This document shows positions 35,798 through 46,177 of a stretch of 64,000 nucleotides of DNA, piece after piece (position 1 is the stretch's first letter; each line of letters starts with the position of its first letter). Source of the stretch: Polyangiales bacterium (lineage in GTDB: Bacteria > Myxococcota_A > Polyangia > Polyangiales > Polyangiaceae); NCBI GenBank assembly GCA_038230375.1, contig JBBRNJ010000013.1, positions 1 through 64,000 of the forward strand, in the 5' to 3' direction. The notes under the pieces are model-generated. The model was not told where the DNA came from and did not search any database. It worked only from the letters and a program-made list of their open reading frames with translations. A program made the position numbers and the translations under genes.

Positions 35798-36292
35798 TCA
35801 GCGCTTGCCCTTGTCGTCGGGCTGGGCGACCAGCCCACCCAGCGCGATGCCGGCGGCGGCGCCCTGTGGGTGGGCGAAGGGCGCGGGGTGCTCCCAGATC
35901 ATCTCGCCTTTACCATCGCGGCATACGAGCTTGTCACCGCTCCACACGCCGCTCTCGACCCCCATCTTCCATCGCAGCTTGCCGTCGCTGCCGACCGCGG
36001 CGGCCGCGGGGACCGCCGCCACGTAGAAGCAGTCGCCGTCGAAGATGGCGGTGTCGGGGGAGAACGGCAGATCGATGTGCGCCGTGATCTTGCCCGTGGC
36101 CGGATCCAGAAGAGAGACCCGCGCGTCGGCGAGCACGAAGAGCCCATGCGTGGTGACGAAGAACCGCCCGGGTGCGCTCGACGCCGAGTGGACGTCACTC
36201 ACGATGGTCTCCCAGAGGAGGTCACCGCTCTTCGGGTCGAGGGCGCGCACGTGGGGGAGCTGCATGAGAAGCAACGGCGAACTCGGGTCCAT
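35798..36292 (-). CDS. PQQ-like beta-propeller repeat protein
   Basis: ALDPKSGDLLWE, LLDPATGKI, DGKLRWK, GEMIWE repeats. Confidence 0.7.
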   Translation of the reverse strand: MDPSSPLLLMQLPHVRALDPKSGDLLWETIVSDVHSASSAPGRFFVTTHGLFVLADARVSLLDPATGKITAHIDLPFSPDTAIFDGDCFYVAAVPAAAAVGSDGKLRWKMGVESGVWSGDKLVCRDGKGEMIWEHPAPFAHPQGAAAGIALGGLVAQPDDKGKR

Positions 36293-36343
36293 CCTCTCAT
36301 CCTAGAAGATCGCCAGCTGTCAGGTCCCGTGAAAGCTTACTGA

Positions 36344-36357
36344 AGCTACATGTAGCT
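36344..36357. promoter_or_regulatory. Perfect 14-bp palindrome AGCTACATGTAGCT in a divergent intergenic region
   Basis: Lies in the AT-richer gap upstream of the RND operon. Confidence 0.4.
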
Positions 36358-36542
36358 GAATTGATTCGTGACTGTTCTGACACGCTTTTCAAGCCAAGCC
36401 TTGCCGTCACCATGAACTGCCGGAAAAAAACCACGAAGAGCCGACGTCCTGTTCTGGCGGGACGCCAACACGGGTCTGTATGAGGAGAACTTCATCGTAA
36501 CTTCACCTTTGAAGCGCCAACCCGGCGTATCGATACTGGAAC

Positions 36543-39500
36543 GTGCTCGAGCGCCTCATTGAACTCGCCGTCAGTCGCCGTATCGCGACGCTTGCGCTCA
36601 CGATGGCGTTCGTCGTCTTCGGACTGCTGACGTTCACGAAGCTGAAGATCGAGGCGTTCCCCGACGTCACCAACGTCCAGGTCATGGTCATCACGCTCTT
36701 CCCCGGCCAGGCGGCGGAGGAAGTCGAGAAGCAGGTCACCATTCCGGTCGAGCGCGCGCTCGTCGGCGTCCCCAACGCGCTCGTCCAGCGCTCGATCACG
36801 TCATTCGGTCTGTCGCAGGTCGTCGTGACGTTCGAAGACGGCGTCGACATCTACTTCGCCCGCCAGCAGATCGCCGAACGGCTCCGCGACGCCGACGTCC
36901 CGGACGGCGTGACGCCCACGCTTGGCCCGAACGACACCCCGGTCGGCCAGGTCTATCAGTACACACTCGAGAGCGATCACCACTCGCCGAGCGAGATCCG
37001 CAGCTGGCAGGACTGGGTCGTCTCGAAGCAGCTGAAGGCGGTCCCGGGCGTCGCAGACGTGGTGAGCTTCGGTGGCTTCCAGAAGGAGTACCACGTACTT
37101 GCCGACCCCTCGCGCCTCCGCGCGCAGTCGCTCGCGCTGAAGGACCTGATCGAGGCGGTCTCCAACTCCAACGGCGCCACCTCCGGCGGTTACCTCCCCT
37201 TCGGCGAGAGCGAGTTCGTGATCCGTGCGCGTGGATACCTGAAGTCGAAGGAGGACATCGAGAACACGGTCATCACGGTCCAGAACGGCACGCCGGTCCT
37301 CGTGCGCAGCGTTGCGCGCGTGGTCGAGGGCTACACGCCCAGGCGTGGTGCCGTGGCCCGCGGCGCATCCACGGACTCGATCGAGGGGACCGTCCTGCTC
37401 CGCCGCGGTGAGAACCCGAAGGACGTGCTCGACGCGCTCCACACCCACATCGATCGCATCAACAAGGACGTATTGCCGAAGGGCATGGTGATCTCGCCCT
37501 TCTACGATCGCACACGCCTGGTCGACACCACGCTCACGACCGTCTCGCACAACATGCTCGAGGGCGCCGCGCTCGTTGCGTTCATCCTGTGGCTGTTCCT
37601 GCGCGCGCTTCGTGGGTCCGTGATCGTCGCCATCACCATGCCTCTCGCGTTGCTCACCGCATTCGTGGGTCTCTACTACGCAGGCGTCCCCGCGAACTTG
37701 CTCTCCATGGGGACGATCGACTTCGGCATCCTGCTCGACGGCGCCGTCATCCTGGTCGAGAACACGTACCGCCACCTCGCGGAGAGCAAACCCTCGCCAG
37801 AGGATGTGCCGAAGGTCGTCGCACACTCCGTGAAGGAGGTGCTGCGGCCCATCCTGTTCTCGATGTCGATCATCGTCGCCGCCATGATGCCGATCTTCAC
37901 GCTCGAGCGCGTGGAGGGCCGTATCTTCCGTCCCGTCGCGCTGACCTATGCGTTCGCGCTGGGTGGTGCGCTCCTCTTCACGCTCACCGCAGTGCCCGCG
38001 CTGACCACGGTGCTGCTTCGCAATCAGAAGGTGAAGGAGGTCGAGCCGGAGTTCCTGGTGTGGCTGAAGGCGCGTTACCTGACTGCGCTTCGGCTGGCGC
38101 TCAAGTTCCCGATCACCACGCGCATCGCTGGCTTCGCGATCCTGTTCTTCGCTTTGTCACTCATCCCGCGCCTGGGCACGGAGTTCCTGCCCGAGATGAA
38201 CGAGGGCGACATTCACATCACAGTCACCATGCCGACCGCGGTGTCCCTCCAGCGCGGCGCCGAGGTGCTGCGCGAGACCCGGCTCACGCTCCTCGAGTTT
38301 CCCGAGGTGAAGGACGTGCTCACCGAGCAAGGGCATCCGGAGGACGGCACCGACGACGAAGCGGCGAACCAGAGCGAGACGTTCGTCATCATGAAGCAGG
38401 AGAAGGACTGGCACACGGGGCGCTCGAAGGCCCAGATCGTCGACGCGATGCGGACAAAGCTCACGGAGCGTCCCGGGGTTAGCTTCAACTTCAGCCAGCC
38501 AATCAAGGATCGCGTGGAGGAGTCCATCTCGGGCATCCGCGGTCAGATCGTCATCAAGATCTACGGCGACGACCTGAAGCTGATGCAGAGCAAGCTCGAG
38601 GAGGTTCAGAAGATCGTGCTCGCCACGCAGGGTTCGCGCGACGTCGAGGTGTATCGCGCTGGCCGCGCGCAGCACATCGTCTCCGACATCGATCGCGACG
38701 CGACCGCGCGCCTTGGCCTCGAGGTACGCACGGTCGAGGACGTCGTGGAGAGCGCGTTCGGCGGCAAGCTGGCCACCTTCATCTGGGAGGGCGAGCGCCG
38801 GGTGGGCGTACGCGTCAAGCTCCCATCACAAGAAGAGGGCGACTACGCCTCCGTGGGCGCGCTCGAGATCCCGGCAGGCGCAGCGCGCGTCCCGCTCTCC
38901 AGCATCGCGAAGGTCGGCATCGACGCCGGGCGAACGCAGATCAACCGCGAGCAGGGCGGCCGCTTCCTTGCGCTCAAGACGAACCTCGAAGGCCGCGACA
39001 TGGGCTCGTTCGTCGACGAGGCGCAGACCCGCGTGAAGAACGAGGTGAAGCTCCCCGACGGCTACTACATGACGTGGGGCGGTGAGTTCGAGAACCAGCG
39101 CCGCGCCATGCGCCGTCTCGCGATCATCGTGCCGATCTCGGTGCTCGTGATCTTTGCGCTCCTCTACCTGACGTTCCGCTCCGCGCTCCCGGCCATCGTG
39201 GTGCTCCTGGACGTGCCCTTCGCGATGGTGGGCGGTGTCTTCGCTCTCTTCCTCACCCACACGGTGCTCAGCGTGTCTGCGGCGGTCGGGTTCATCACGC
39301 TCTTCGGCGTGGCTGTGATGGACGGCGTTCTCCTCATCACGTACGTGCGCCAGGCCCGTGAAAAGCACGGCGGCGACGCAAAACAAGCCATCATCGAGGC
39401 GGTCTCCCAGCGCCTCAGGCCGGTGCTCATGACGGCCATGCTTGCGTCACTCGGGTTGTTGCCGGCGGCCACCTCCCACGCGATCGGCTCGGACACGCAG

Positions 39501-39659
39501 CGTCCTTTCGCCATCGTCATCATTGGAGGGCTGATCTCTTCGACGCTGCTGACGCTCCTCCTGCTCCCCACGCTCTACGAGCTCTTCGACCAATGGTTCG
39601 GGACTGGCCGCATCAAGCGCCGCGAGCTGCGCGAGAGCATGCGGGCGCCCCCGCCATGA
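36543..39659 (+). CDS. CzcA/CusA-family heavy-metal-type RND efflux permease
   Basis: EAFPDVTNVQV, AEEVEKQVT.P.E, DFGILLDGAVILVEN, RLRPVLMTA, QRPFAIVIIGG. Confidence 0.93.
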   Translation: MLERLIELAVSRRIATLALTMAFVVFGLLTFTKLKIEAFPDVTNVQVMVITLFPGQAAEEVEKQVTIPVERALVGVPNALVQRSITSFGLSQVVVTFEDGVDIYFARQQIAERLRDADVPDGVTPTLGPNDTPVGQVYQYTLESDHHSPSEIRSWQDWVVSKQLKAVPGVADVVSFGGFQKEYHVLADPSRLRAQSLALKDLIEAVSNSNGATSGGYLPFGESEFVIRARGYLKSKEDIENTVITVQNGTPVLVRSVARVVEGYTPRRGAVARGASTDSIEGTVLLRRGENPKDVLDALHTHIDRINKDVLPKGMVISPFYDRTRLVDTTLTTVSHNMLEGAALVAFILWLFLRALRGSVIVAITMPLALLTAFVGLYYAGVPANLLSMGTIDFGILLDGAVILVENTYRHLAESKPSPEDVPKVVAHSVKEVLRPILFSMSIIVAAMMPIFTLERVEGRIFRPVALTYAFALGGALLFTLTAVPALTTVLLRNQKVKEVEPEFLVWLKARYLTALRLALKFPITTRIAGFAILFFALSLIPRLGTEFLPEMNEGDIHITVTMPTAVSLQRGAEVLRETRLTLLEFPEVKDVLTEQGHPEDGTDDEAANQSETFVIMKQEKDWHTGRSKAQIVDAMRTKLTERPGVSFNFSQPIKDRVEESISGIRGQIVIKIYGDDLKLMQSKLEEVQKIVLATQGSRDVEVYRAGRAQHIVSDIDRDATARLGLEVRTVEDVVESAFGGKLATFIWEGERRVGVRVKLPSQEEGDYASVGALEIPAGAARVPLSSIAKVGIDAGRTQINREQGGRFLALKTNLEGRDMGSFVDEAQTRVKNEVKLPDGYYMTWGGEFENQRRAMRRLAIIVPISVLVIFALLYLTFRSALPAIVVLLDVPFAMVGGVFALFLTHTVLSVSAAVGFITLFGVAVMDGVLLITYVRQAREKHGGDAKQAIIEAVSQRLRPVLMTAMLASLGLLPAATSHAIGSDTQRPFAIVIIGGLISSTLLTLLLLPTLYELFDQWFGTGRIKRRELRESMRAPPP

Positions 39660-41017
39660 GACCCACCATGCCCCACTACACACCCATTCGCAGAGATCGG
39701 TTCATCACGCGTCTGGCCGCGTTCTCTGCGTCGCTCGTCCTCGCCGTGGCGTTTGCGGCTGCCGACGGGCGCACCGCTGCTGCCGCCGAGGGCGCGACCG
39801 GCCCGACGATGAGCATCGATCAGGCCGTGGCCCTCGCGCTGCAGCACAACCGGGACGTCATCGCGACGCGGCTCGACATCGAGGCCGCGCAGATCGATCG
39901 TGTGGCGGCAGGTCTGTACCCCAACCCGCTCTTCACCTATACGGCGGGCAACTTCGTCCTGGGCAGTGGCAACTCGCAGGACAAGGGCATAAGCCCTGGC
40001 CCCGTCTCGCAGCTCGTGCACACCGTGGGCGTGAGCGAGGTCGTGGACGTGTGGGCCAAGCGCACCGCGCGGATGCGCGCGGCAGACAAGGGGATCGAGC
40101 ACCGACGTCTGGTCGTGGAGGACGCGTTGCGCGAGATCGTGTACGCGGTCCGTGTCGCGTTCGCCGACCTCACCCGGGAGCAGCTCGAGAACGACCTCAC
40201 TCACTCGATGAAGACCCGCTACGAGGAGACCGTTCGCGTCTCGGGCTCACGCTTTCGAAACGGCGAGATCTCGGAGGCCGAGTTCCGGAAGATCGAGCTC
40301 GAGGGGCTCAAATACCAGAACGCGGTCATCGACGCGGACGCGGAGCTCGACATCGCGCGCGTGCGACTCGCGGGCCTGCTCGGGCTGGCCGCTGCCACCG
40401 AGCTCCCCGGCGCGGCCTTCATGCCGAACGACCCGCGCACGCCGCCGTCGCTGCAGGCACTCACGACCCGCGCGCTGGCAGAGCGGCCGGACATTCGCGC
40501 CGCCAAGCAGGGCCGCGAGTTCGCCGGCGCGTCGCTCGAGCAGGCAAAGCGCGAGGCGTACCCAGACATCTCGCTCGGCCTCGCCTACACACACAGCGAG
40601 TTCGTGGTCTCTGGCGACAACCCCAATGCGCTTGCGTTGACCCTTGCGCTTCCGCTCCCCGTGTTCGATCGCAACCAGGCCAATATCGCGCGCGCGGGCC
40701 TCGACGGACGGCGATACGACAACGACCTCGTGAAGCTCGAGCTGCAGATAAAGCAGGAGGTCGCGCAGGCGGTGAGGCACGTCGAGCGGTCTGCGAGCCT
40801 CCTGGACATCTACGAGCAGGGTGGAATGCTCGAACGCGCGGACAAGGCGCTGAAGGTGGCGGAGAACAGCTACACCAACGGCTCGATATCCCTCATCGAG
40901 CTGCTCGAGGCGCAGCGCACGTTCATCGACACGCGCACGCAGTATCTTCGCGCCCAGCACGACTACCGTGAAGCGACCATCGACGTAGCTCACGCGACCG
41001 GAAGGAAGGCGCCATGA
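39656..41017 (+). CDS. TolC/CzcC-family outer membrane efflux protein
   Basis: ALQHN, YPNP, LPVFDRNQ.NI, Y..G.ISL.ELL.AQR; ATGA overlap with the permease. Confidence 0.9.
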   Translation: MRPTMPHYTPIRRDRFITRLAAFSASLVLAVAFAAADGRTAAAAEGATGPTMSIDQAVALALQHNRDVIATRLDIEAAQIDRVAAGLYPNPLFTYTAGNFVLGSGNSQDKGISPGPVSQLVHTVGVSEVVDVWAKRTARMRAADKGIEHRRLVVEDALREIVYAVRVAFADLTREQLENDLTHSMKTRYEETVRVSGSRFRNGEISEAEFRKIELEGLKYQNAVIDADAELDIARVRLAGLLGLAAATELPGAAFMPNDPRTPPSLQALTTRALAERPDIRAAKQGREFAGASLEQAKREAYPDISLGLAYTHSEFVVSGDNPNALALTLALPLPVFDRNQANIARAGLDGRRYDNDLVKLELQIKQEVAQAVRHVERSASLLDIYEQGGMLERADKALKVAENSYTNGSISLIELLEAQRTFIDTRTQYLRAQHDYREATIDVAHATGRKAP

Positions 41018-42135
41018 AAGTCTTGAACACGCGCGGCCGAATCATCATCATTGCGACGGTGCTCCTCACGGGCTGCTCCGATCACTCGGCCAAGCCGATC
41101 GCGAGCGATCCCGGGCCCGCAGCGGCCCTGACGCTTGCGCCCGGCAGCCCGTCGCTCAAGTTCGTGAAGATCGAGGAGCTGCACGCGACCGAGGCCGGAC
41201 CCAGCGTCGTCCTCTCGGGTCGCATGACCTTCGACGAGGACCACACGCAGCGGGTCGCGACGCCCATCGACGGCCGCGCCACGGCGATCCTCGTGAAGCC
41301 CGGTGACAAGGTGAAGCAGGGGCAGGCCCTGATCGAGCTGAGCTCGCCAGGCGTTGGTCTCTTGCAGGCTGACGCGCAGAAGACGCAGCAGGACATGATG
41401 CTCGCCCAGAAGACGGTCGACCGCATGCACCGGATGAAGGTGGATGGCGCCGTCTCGGACAAGGAAGTCGCCCAGGCAGAGGCCGACCTCCAGAAGGCAA
41501 AATCCGACGTGGGGCGCACGACCGCCCAGCTCCGCTCGATCGGCGTCTCCGCCACGGACCCCGCCGTTGCCGTGGCCATCCGCGCGCAGATCGCCGGCAC
41601 CGTGGTCGAACGAAACGTGCTCGTCGGGCAAGAGGTCCGCGCGGATGCCACCACGCCCCTCCTCACGATCACGAACCTGGAGTCACTGTGGGTGATCGCG
41701 GACGTGTACGAACAGGACCTGGGGCTCGTCAGCTCTGGTGCGAACGTCAACGTCCGCGTCCCCGCCTATCCCAGTGACACGTTCCCAGGGACGGTGGCGC
41801 ACCTTGGTGACGTCGTCGAGCCGACCAGCCGTACCGTGAAGCTCCGCTGCGTCGTGCCGAACCCCACCGCGAAGCTGAAGCCGGAGATGTTCGCGAAGAT
41901 CTCCCTCGCCGAGGCGACCGGCAAGCAGGTCCTGGTCATTCCGTCGAACGCCGTCCTGAACGAAGCGGGCAAGCCTCGTGTGATCATCGTCGAGGGCAAC
42001 GCGTTCCGCCCTGTCGACGTGGAGGTCGGTCCCGACATCGAGGGGAAGGTTCGCGTGCTCAACGGCCTGAAGGCCGGCGACAAGCTCGTGACCGAGGGCG
42101 CGCTGTTCCTCAAGCACGACATCGACCACCGGTAG
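41014..42135 (+). CDS. RND efflux membrane fusion protein (CzcB-like)
   Basis: Lipobox LTGC; GD.VKQGQ.L, IRAQIAG.V.ER, LKPEMFA, GL..GD.LV. Confidence 0.9.
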   Translation: MKVLNTRGRIIIIATVLLTGCSDHSAKPIASDPGPAAALTLAPGSPSLKFVKIEELHATEAGPSVVLSGRMTFDEDHTQRVATPIDGRATAILVKPGDKVKQGQALIELSSPGVGLLQADAQKTQQDMMLAQKTVDRMHRMKVDGAVSDKEVAQAEADLQKAKSDVGRTTAQLRSIGVSATDPAVAVAIRAQIAGTVVERNVLVGQEVRADATTPLLTITNLESLWVIADVYEQDLGLVSSGANVNVRVPAYPSDTFPGTVAHLGDVVEPTSRTVKLRCVVPNPTAKLKPEMFAKISLAEATGKQVLVIPSNAVLNEAGKPRVIIVEGNAFRPVDVEVGPDIEGKVRVLNGLKAGDKLVTEGALFLKHDIDHR

Positions 42136-42145
42136 CTCGGAGAGC

Positions 42146-43588
42146 TCAGCTTCGCAGCTTGGCCAGTAGCTCGGCGACGCTCACTGTCGCGATGCTGGTG
42201 TAGCTGTCGGAGACTGCGTACGGGATGATCAGGTGATCCCCGTGGCGCAGCGCGCCGCACGAGTACACGACGTTCGGTACGTAGCCATCGCGCTCGTCCG
42301 CGTTCGGAACCAGGAGCGGCTCGCGCAGCTCACCAATGACGCGTGAAGGGTCCTCGAGGTCGAGCAGGAGCGCGCCCAGCCAGTACTGCCGCATCGGCCC
42401 GACGCCGTGCGTGAGCAGGATCCATCCCTCGCTGGTCTCTATGGGCGAGCCGCAGTTGCCGACCTGTACGAACTCCCACGGGTGCTTGGGGCCGTGGACG
42501 AACTTGGACTCCGTCCAGAAGTGGATGTTGTCCGACTTGAGCAGGAAGATGTTCTCCCCGTCCAGGCGCGAGGCCACCATGAAGCTTCCAGCCACCTTGC
42601 GCGGAAAGAGCGCCATGCCCTTGTTCTGCACGCAGGGGCCGTTCAGCGTGTTCATCTTGAAGTGCCGAAAATCGCTGGTCTCGATGAGCTGTGGCAGCAC
42701 GCGGAAGCCGTTGTAAGCCGTGTAGGTCGCGTAATACGTCACGCGGCCGTCCGGATGCGTGAAGCGCACGAAGCGCGCGTCCTCGATGCCACGGCTCTCG
42801 CTCTCGCTCACGGGGAAGATCACGCGCTCCGAGATCGGGCTGTCGGGTGAGAACTCGAGCTCGTAGTTGGAGTGCGCGAGCCAGAGCATGTTGTCCACCA
42901 GCTCTTTCCACTGCGTGACCGTCTCCTGGGGACGACACCGCTCGATGGCGTACCGGAGGTCGTTCATGGAAAACTCGCTGTCGAGCAAGGCCAGGACGGG
43001 GTCCGCGAGCGGTCGGTGGGCCTTCATCTCGACGAGCTTGTGGAGGTAGCTCGCCTTGTCATAGCGGGCGTCGTCTATGGGGCGTTCCGTGTGAGCGAAG
43101 CGCGTGGTCGGATCCATGACGACGCCGTTGTCGGCAGTGATCAGCCCCGTCCGGAACTCGATCGACGAGACGTGTCCTTCGCCGCAGGCGCGGAGGCTCA
43201 TGACGAAGCGCAGCGCGCCAGACGGCACGCCGTTCTGGTCCGGGTGCTGGACGATGGACGGGTTGAAGAGCGCGACCGCCTCCAGCGAGTACTCGTTCGT
43301 GAAGTACGCGCCCAGTAAGAGCCGCCGCTCCTCGCTCGGCTCGGGCTGCTCGCCGATTTGCGCGATCGCGGTCGCGTAGTGCTGACGCCAGATTCCGCGG
43401 ATGTCCTTGTGGCGTACGCGGTAGTCACTGACCAGCGTGGTGACCATCTGCGCCACCTCCGCCGGCGGAAGCGCGTGTACCCGTTCGATGATGGCGCGGA
43501 TCCGCGCAGCGCCGCCCGGGAGGAAGGGGCGTGCGATGACGCGACGGGGATCGGCGGCAAGGTGCACCGACAGGCGGGTGACGTCCAT
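42146..43588 (-). CDS. GH130-family glycoside phosphorylase/hydrolase, long form
   Basis: ALFNPS, GEGH.SSI.FR, GIEDAR, YTAY.G, NKGMALFP, GNCGSP, HGVG, GYVPNVVYSCG. Confidence 0.9.
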   Translation of the reverse strand: MDVTRLSVHLAADPRRVIARPFLPGGAARIRAIIERVHALPPAEVAQMVTTLVSDYRVRHKDIRGIWRQHYATAIAQIGEQPEPSEERRLLLGAYFTNEYSLEAVALFNPSIVQHPDQNGVPSGALRFVMSLRACGEGHVSSIEFRTGLITADNGVVMDPTTRFAHTERPIDDARYDKASYLHKLVEMKAHRPLADPVLALLDSEFSMNDLRYAIERCRPQETVTQWKELVDNMLWLAHSNYELEFSPDSPISERVIFPVSESESRGIEDARFVRFTHPDGRVTYYATYTAYNGFRVLPQLIETSDFRHFKMNTLNGPCVQNKGMALFPRKVAGSFMVASRLDGENIFLLKSDNIHFWTESKFVHGPKHPWEFVQVGNCGSPIETSEGWILLTHGVGPMRQYWLGALLLDLEDPSRVIGELREPLLVPNADERDGYVPNVVYSCGALRHGDHLIIPYAVSDSYTSIATVSVAELLAKLRS

Positions 43589-43606
43589 GGACCCTTGTAA
43601 CACGAC

Positions 43607-45535
43607 CTAGGTCGCTGGCACTCGCGGCAGGTCCAGGATCGCGCTCCACGGGATTCTCCGCGCCTCGTCGTCCTGGAGCACCCACGCCCAGAAATAGGCC
43701 TCGCCCTTGGAGGATGCAGGTGTGACTCCGTATGCGCTCAGCGGATCGTCCTTGCGAACGGCGAGCATCACGGGCGGCACATAGGTGAGCTCGTTCGACT
43801 CCGGGTGGAACACCGCGAGCACCGGCGTCTTCGGTTTTGCGTATCGGTTCAGACCGACGAGCACGCGGCCATCCGGCGTCACGCGCGGCGCCTCTCCTGG
43901 AGTGTGAGCAAGCCTCGCGCGCTCCGTGCAGCGACCCTTCTCCGCGTGGCGAATCTCCCCCTTCCGCACCGTCCTCTTCCTCGGTTGATGCACGTAGAAG
44001 AACCCGTCGCCAGGCGCCGCGGCGCCGACGAACGTCTCGTACGTATCGAGATCCGGCACCAGGTCACACGTCTTCACGAAGGTGTCGCCTTTGGCGACGT
44101 ACGCCTTTCCGCCCCACACGATGACATCGGTGCCGTTTCCGGTGCGCGCGAAGCCGGCCCTTCGAAACGAGGGCCATTGATCCTTCGGCGTGCCCTTCGG
44201 TGCGGTCAGATCGGGCAGGCCCTTGGCCGGACTCAAGGTCTTGCCATTCCACACGAGCGGGCGGCGCGATTTTCTTCCGCGGATGGTGGGCTCGGTCGGA
44301 AAGAGAACGACCAGATCGCCCACCCACGCGACCTCCTTGATGTCGAAGTTGTCGGGCAGCTTGTCGAGCAGATCGACCGGTGGCTTCTTCGGTCGCTCGA
44401 CCCGCAACACTCCCTCGGGACGCGGCAGAAACACCTCGTTTTCGTACGGGTAGCGCACGCGATGAAGGATCTTCGATCCGTCTTCCTCCTTGAAGACCAC
44501 GGAGACCTGAACGTTCGCGAGCAGCGATTCCTTCGGCGGCCACGAGCGAAAATCCGTGAGCGAGGTCTTCTTGGAATGCCACCGCAGGAGACCCGGCTGC
44601 TGCGGGAAGTCGTCCGCGTTGGTGTTCCACTTCAACCGCACCTTGTCGATCTTCGTGTTCGATTTCGCCTTCGGTGCGGCCTTCGCGAGCGGCGCCTTCG
44701 GGAGCTTCTTCGGTACATACGAGATGAGCCCGCCGCCCGCCTTCTTCGCGAGCGTCTTTGCCTCCGCCACGTCAGCGAGCGGGATGACGGTGAGCTCGTG
44801 GCTGTCGCTCGAGATGTCGAGCTCCACGAGCGCGAGACCGTGCGCGGAGAGCGCCTGTCCACACAGCGCGATGAACGGGTCGGTCTTCGTCATGAGATGA
44901 GCGTCCTCGTCGTAGAACGCGAACGCCTTCTTGGCGTCGAACACCGCCGCATTCTTGCGAAGCTTCTTCTGCTTCACGATCACGTTCTCGATGCAGCCCT
45001 GGATCTCGTCCGCCGCTTCCTTCCAGTCCACGCCCCATGCCAGGTCGACGGCGTCGTCCGAGAGCGCGCTCACGAGCGCCAGGAACGGATCCACAGGATC
45101 GTCCTCCACGCTGCGATCCTCCAGAGCCTCCTTGAACTTCTTCCTGTAGGCCTCGGGATCGGAGAGCGCGAGCGACACCCGCGCCTTCGTCTTCGCATGA
45201 CCAGGCGCAAGGAGCTCCGCGAGCAGGAGCAACGGTGCGGACGCCGAACCCCCTTTTTTTGCCGACGCTTTCTTCGCTGGCTTCTGCTTCGACGGCTCCT
45301 TCTTCGACGCGCTTCCCGCAGAGGCTCCGCCGCTCTTCTTGACGTAGCCGTGCGCCAACTTTTCGCGCATGACCTTCTCGAGCTCGGCTTGTGCCGCGGC
45401 TGGCGTCTTCAGCTTCTTCACACGTGACTGACCCGCGGTCCCGATGCGACCGAAGTGGACATGGAGCGCCGCGCCCTTCACCTCGGCCTCCCAGAACTTG
45501 TAGTGCGCGCCGTCCTTGCATTCGAGACGAATCAT
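43607..45535 (-). CDS. WGR-domain protein with a Lys-rich linker and uncharacterised C-terminal domains
   Basis: KFWE......HFGRIGT.GQ...K..........EK..K.AHGY; middle domain has VDWKE and LVELD.SSD. Confidence 0.85.
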   Translation of the reverse strand: MIRLECKDGAHYKFWEAEVKGAALHVHFGRIGTAGQSRVKKLKTPAAAQAELEKVMREKLAHGYVKKSGGASAGSASKKEPSKQKPAKKASAKKGGSASAPLLLLAELLAPGHAKTKARVSLALSDPEAYRKKFKEALEDRSVEDDPVDPFLALVSALSDDAVDLAWGVDWKEAADEIQGCIENVIVKQKKLRKNAAVFDAKKAFAFYDEDAHLMTKTDPFIALCGQALSAHGLALVELDISSDSHELTVIPLADVAEAKTLAKKAGGGLISYVPKKLPKAPLAKAAPKAKSNTKIDKVRLKWNTNADDFPQQPGLLRWHSKKTSLTDFRSWPPKESLLANVQVSVVFKEEDGSKILHRVRYPYENEVFLPRPEGVLRVERPKKPPVDLLDKLPDNFDIKEVAWVGDLVVLFPTEPTIRGRKSRRPLVWNGKTLSPAKGLPDLTAPKGTPKDQWPSFRRAGFARTGNGTDVIVWGGKAYVAKGDTFVKTCDLVPDLDTYETFVGAAAPGDGFFYVHQPRKRTVRKGEIRHAEKGRCTERARLAHTPGEAPRVTPDGRVLVGLNRYAKPKTPVLAVFHPESNELTYVPPVMLAVRKDDPLSAYGVTPASSKGEAYFWAWVLQDDEARRIPWSAILDLPRVPAT

Positions 45536-45627
45536 GGCGCCAAACATATCGCGAACTCCGCGCGCACGACATGTACCGGCAGGAAATTCGCCTCCCCGAC
45601 GCGGCCGTGATCGGCGACACTGCGTCG

Positions 45628-46110
45628 ATGGTTCGTTCCCACAAAACGTGCGCGCTTCGCGTGCTCCTCCTGGTCGCTCTCTCGACGACGGCGTTTGCCT
45701 GTGGCCGCGCGCAGAAGGACAACGCTGGGACGCAGGGCAGCTCCTCGGGACCGCAGAGCAGCTCCTCGGTGCCGCTCGTCCTCGCGCCGTCGAGCGAGGG
45801 CCCGATGTCGGCTCCGATCCCGGGCGCAGAGGGCGTTGTCGCCGCGCTGCGGCCGCACTTCAAGCTCTGCTACCGGGCCGGACTGATGCACGACCCCACC
45901 ATCGAGGGCAGCGTCGTGATGGACGCGGTCGTGTCGCCCGATGGCGCGGTGACCTCGGTGAAACAACACCTTCCGACGACGCTCCCACCCGTGGTCGTGG
46001 GCTGCCTGGAGGACGCGCTGAAGACCGCGAAGTTCTCGCCGCCTGGAGGCACAGGCAGCTCCATTCGCGTGCCCGTCAACTTCCACCACGCCGGTGACGG
46101 CGGTACATGA
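45628..46110 (+). CDS. AgmX/PglI C-terminal (TonB-C-like) domain lipoprotein
   Basis: Lipobox AFAC; LRP.FK.CY..GL..DP...G.V, VV.C, F.PP.G....RVP..F. Confidence 0.8.
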   Translation: MVRSHKTCALRVLLLVALSTTAFACGRAQKDNAGTQGSSSGPQSSSSVPLVLAPSSEGPMSAPIPGAEGVVAALRPHFKLCYRAGLMHDPTIEGSVVMDAVVSPDGAVTSVKQHLPTTLPPVVVGCLEDALKTAKFSPPGGTGSSIRVPVNFHHAGDGGT

Positions 46111-46177
46111 CCCGCCGGCAGCTGGCCCCATGGCGTTCGCGCGAGACTTCCGCACGCCGCGCTGGTAGCGAGGGTTC

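Noticed and set aside
36543..42135. RND pump as exporter or partner of the isonitrile product
   Set aside because: It is about 16 kb away with unrelated genes between; the metal connection is only thematic
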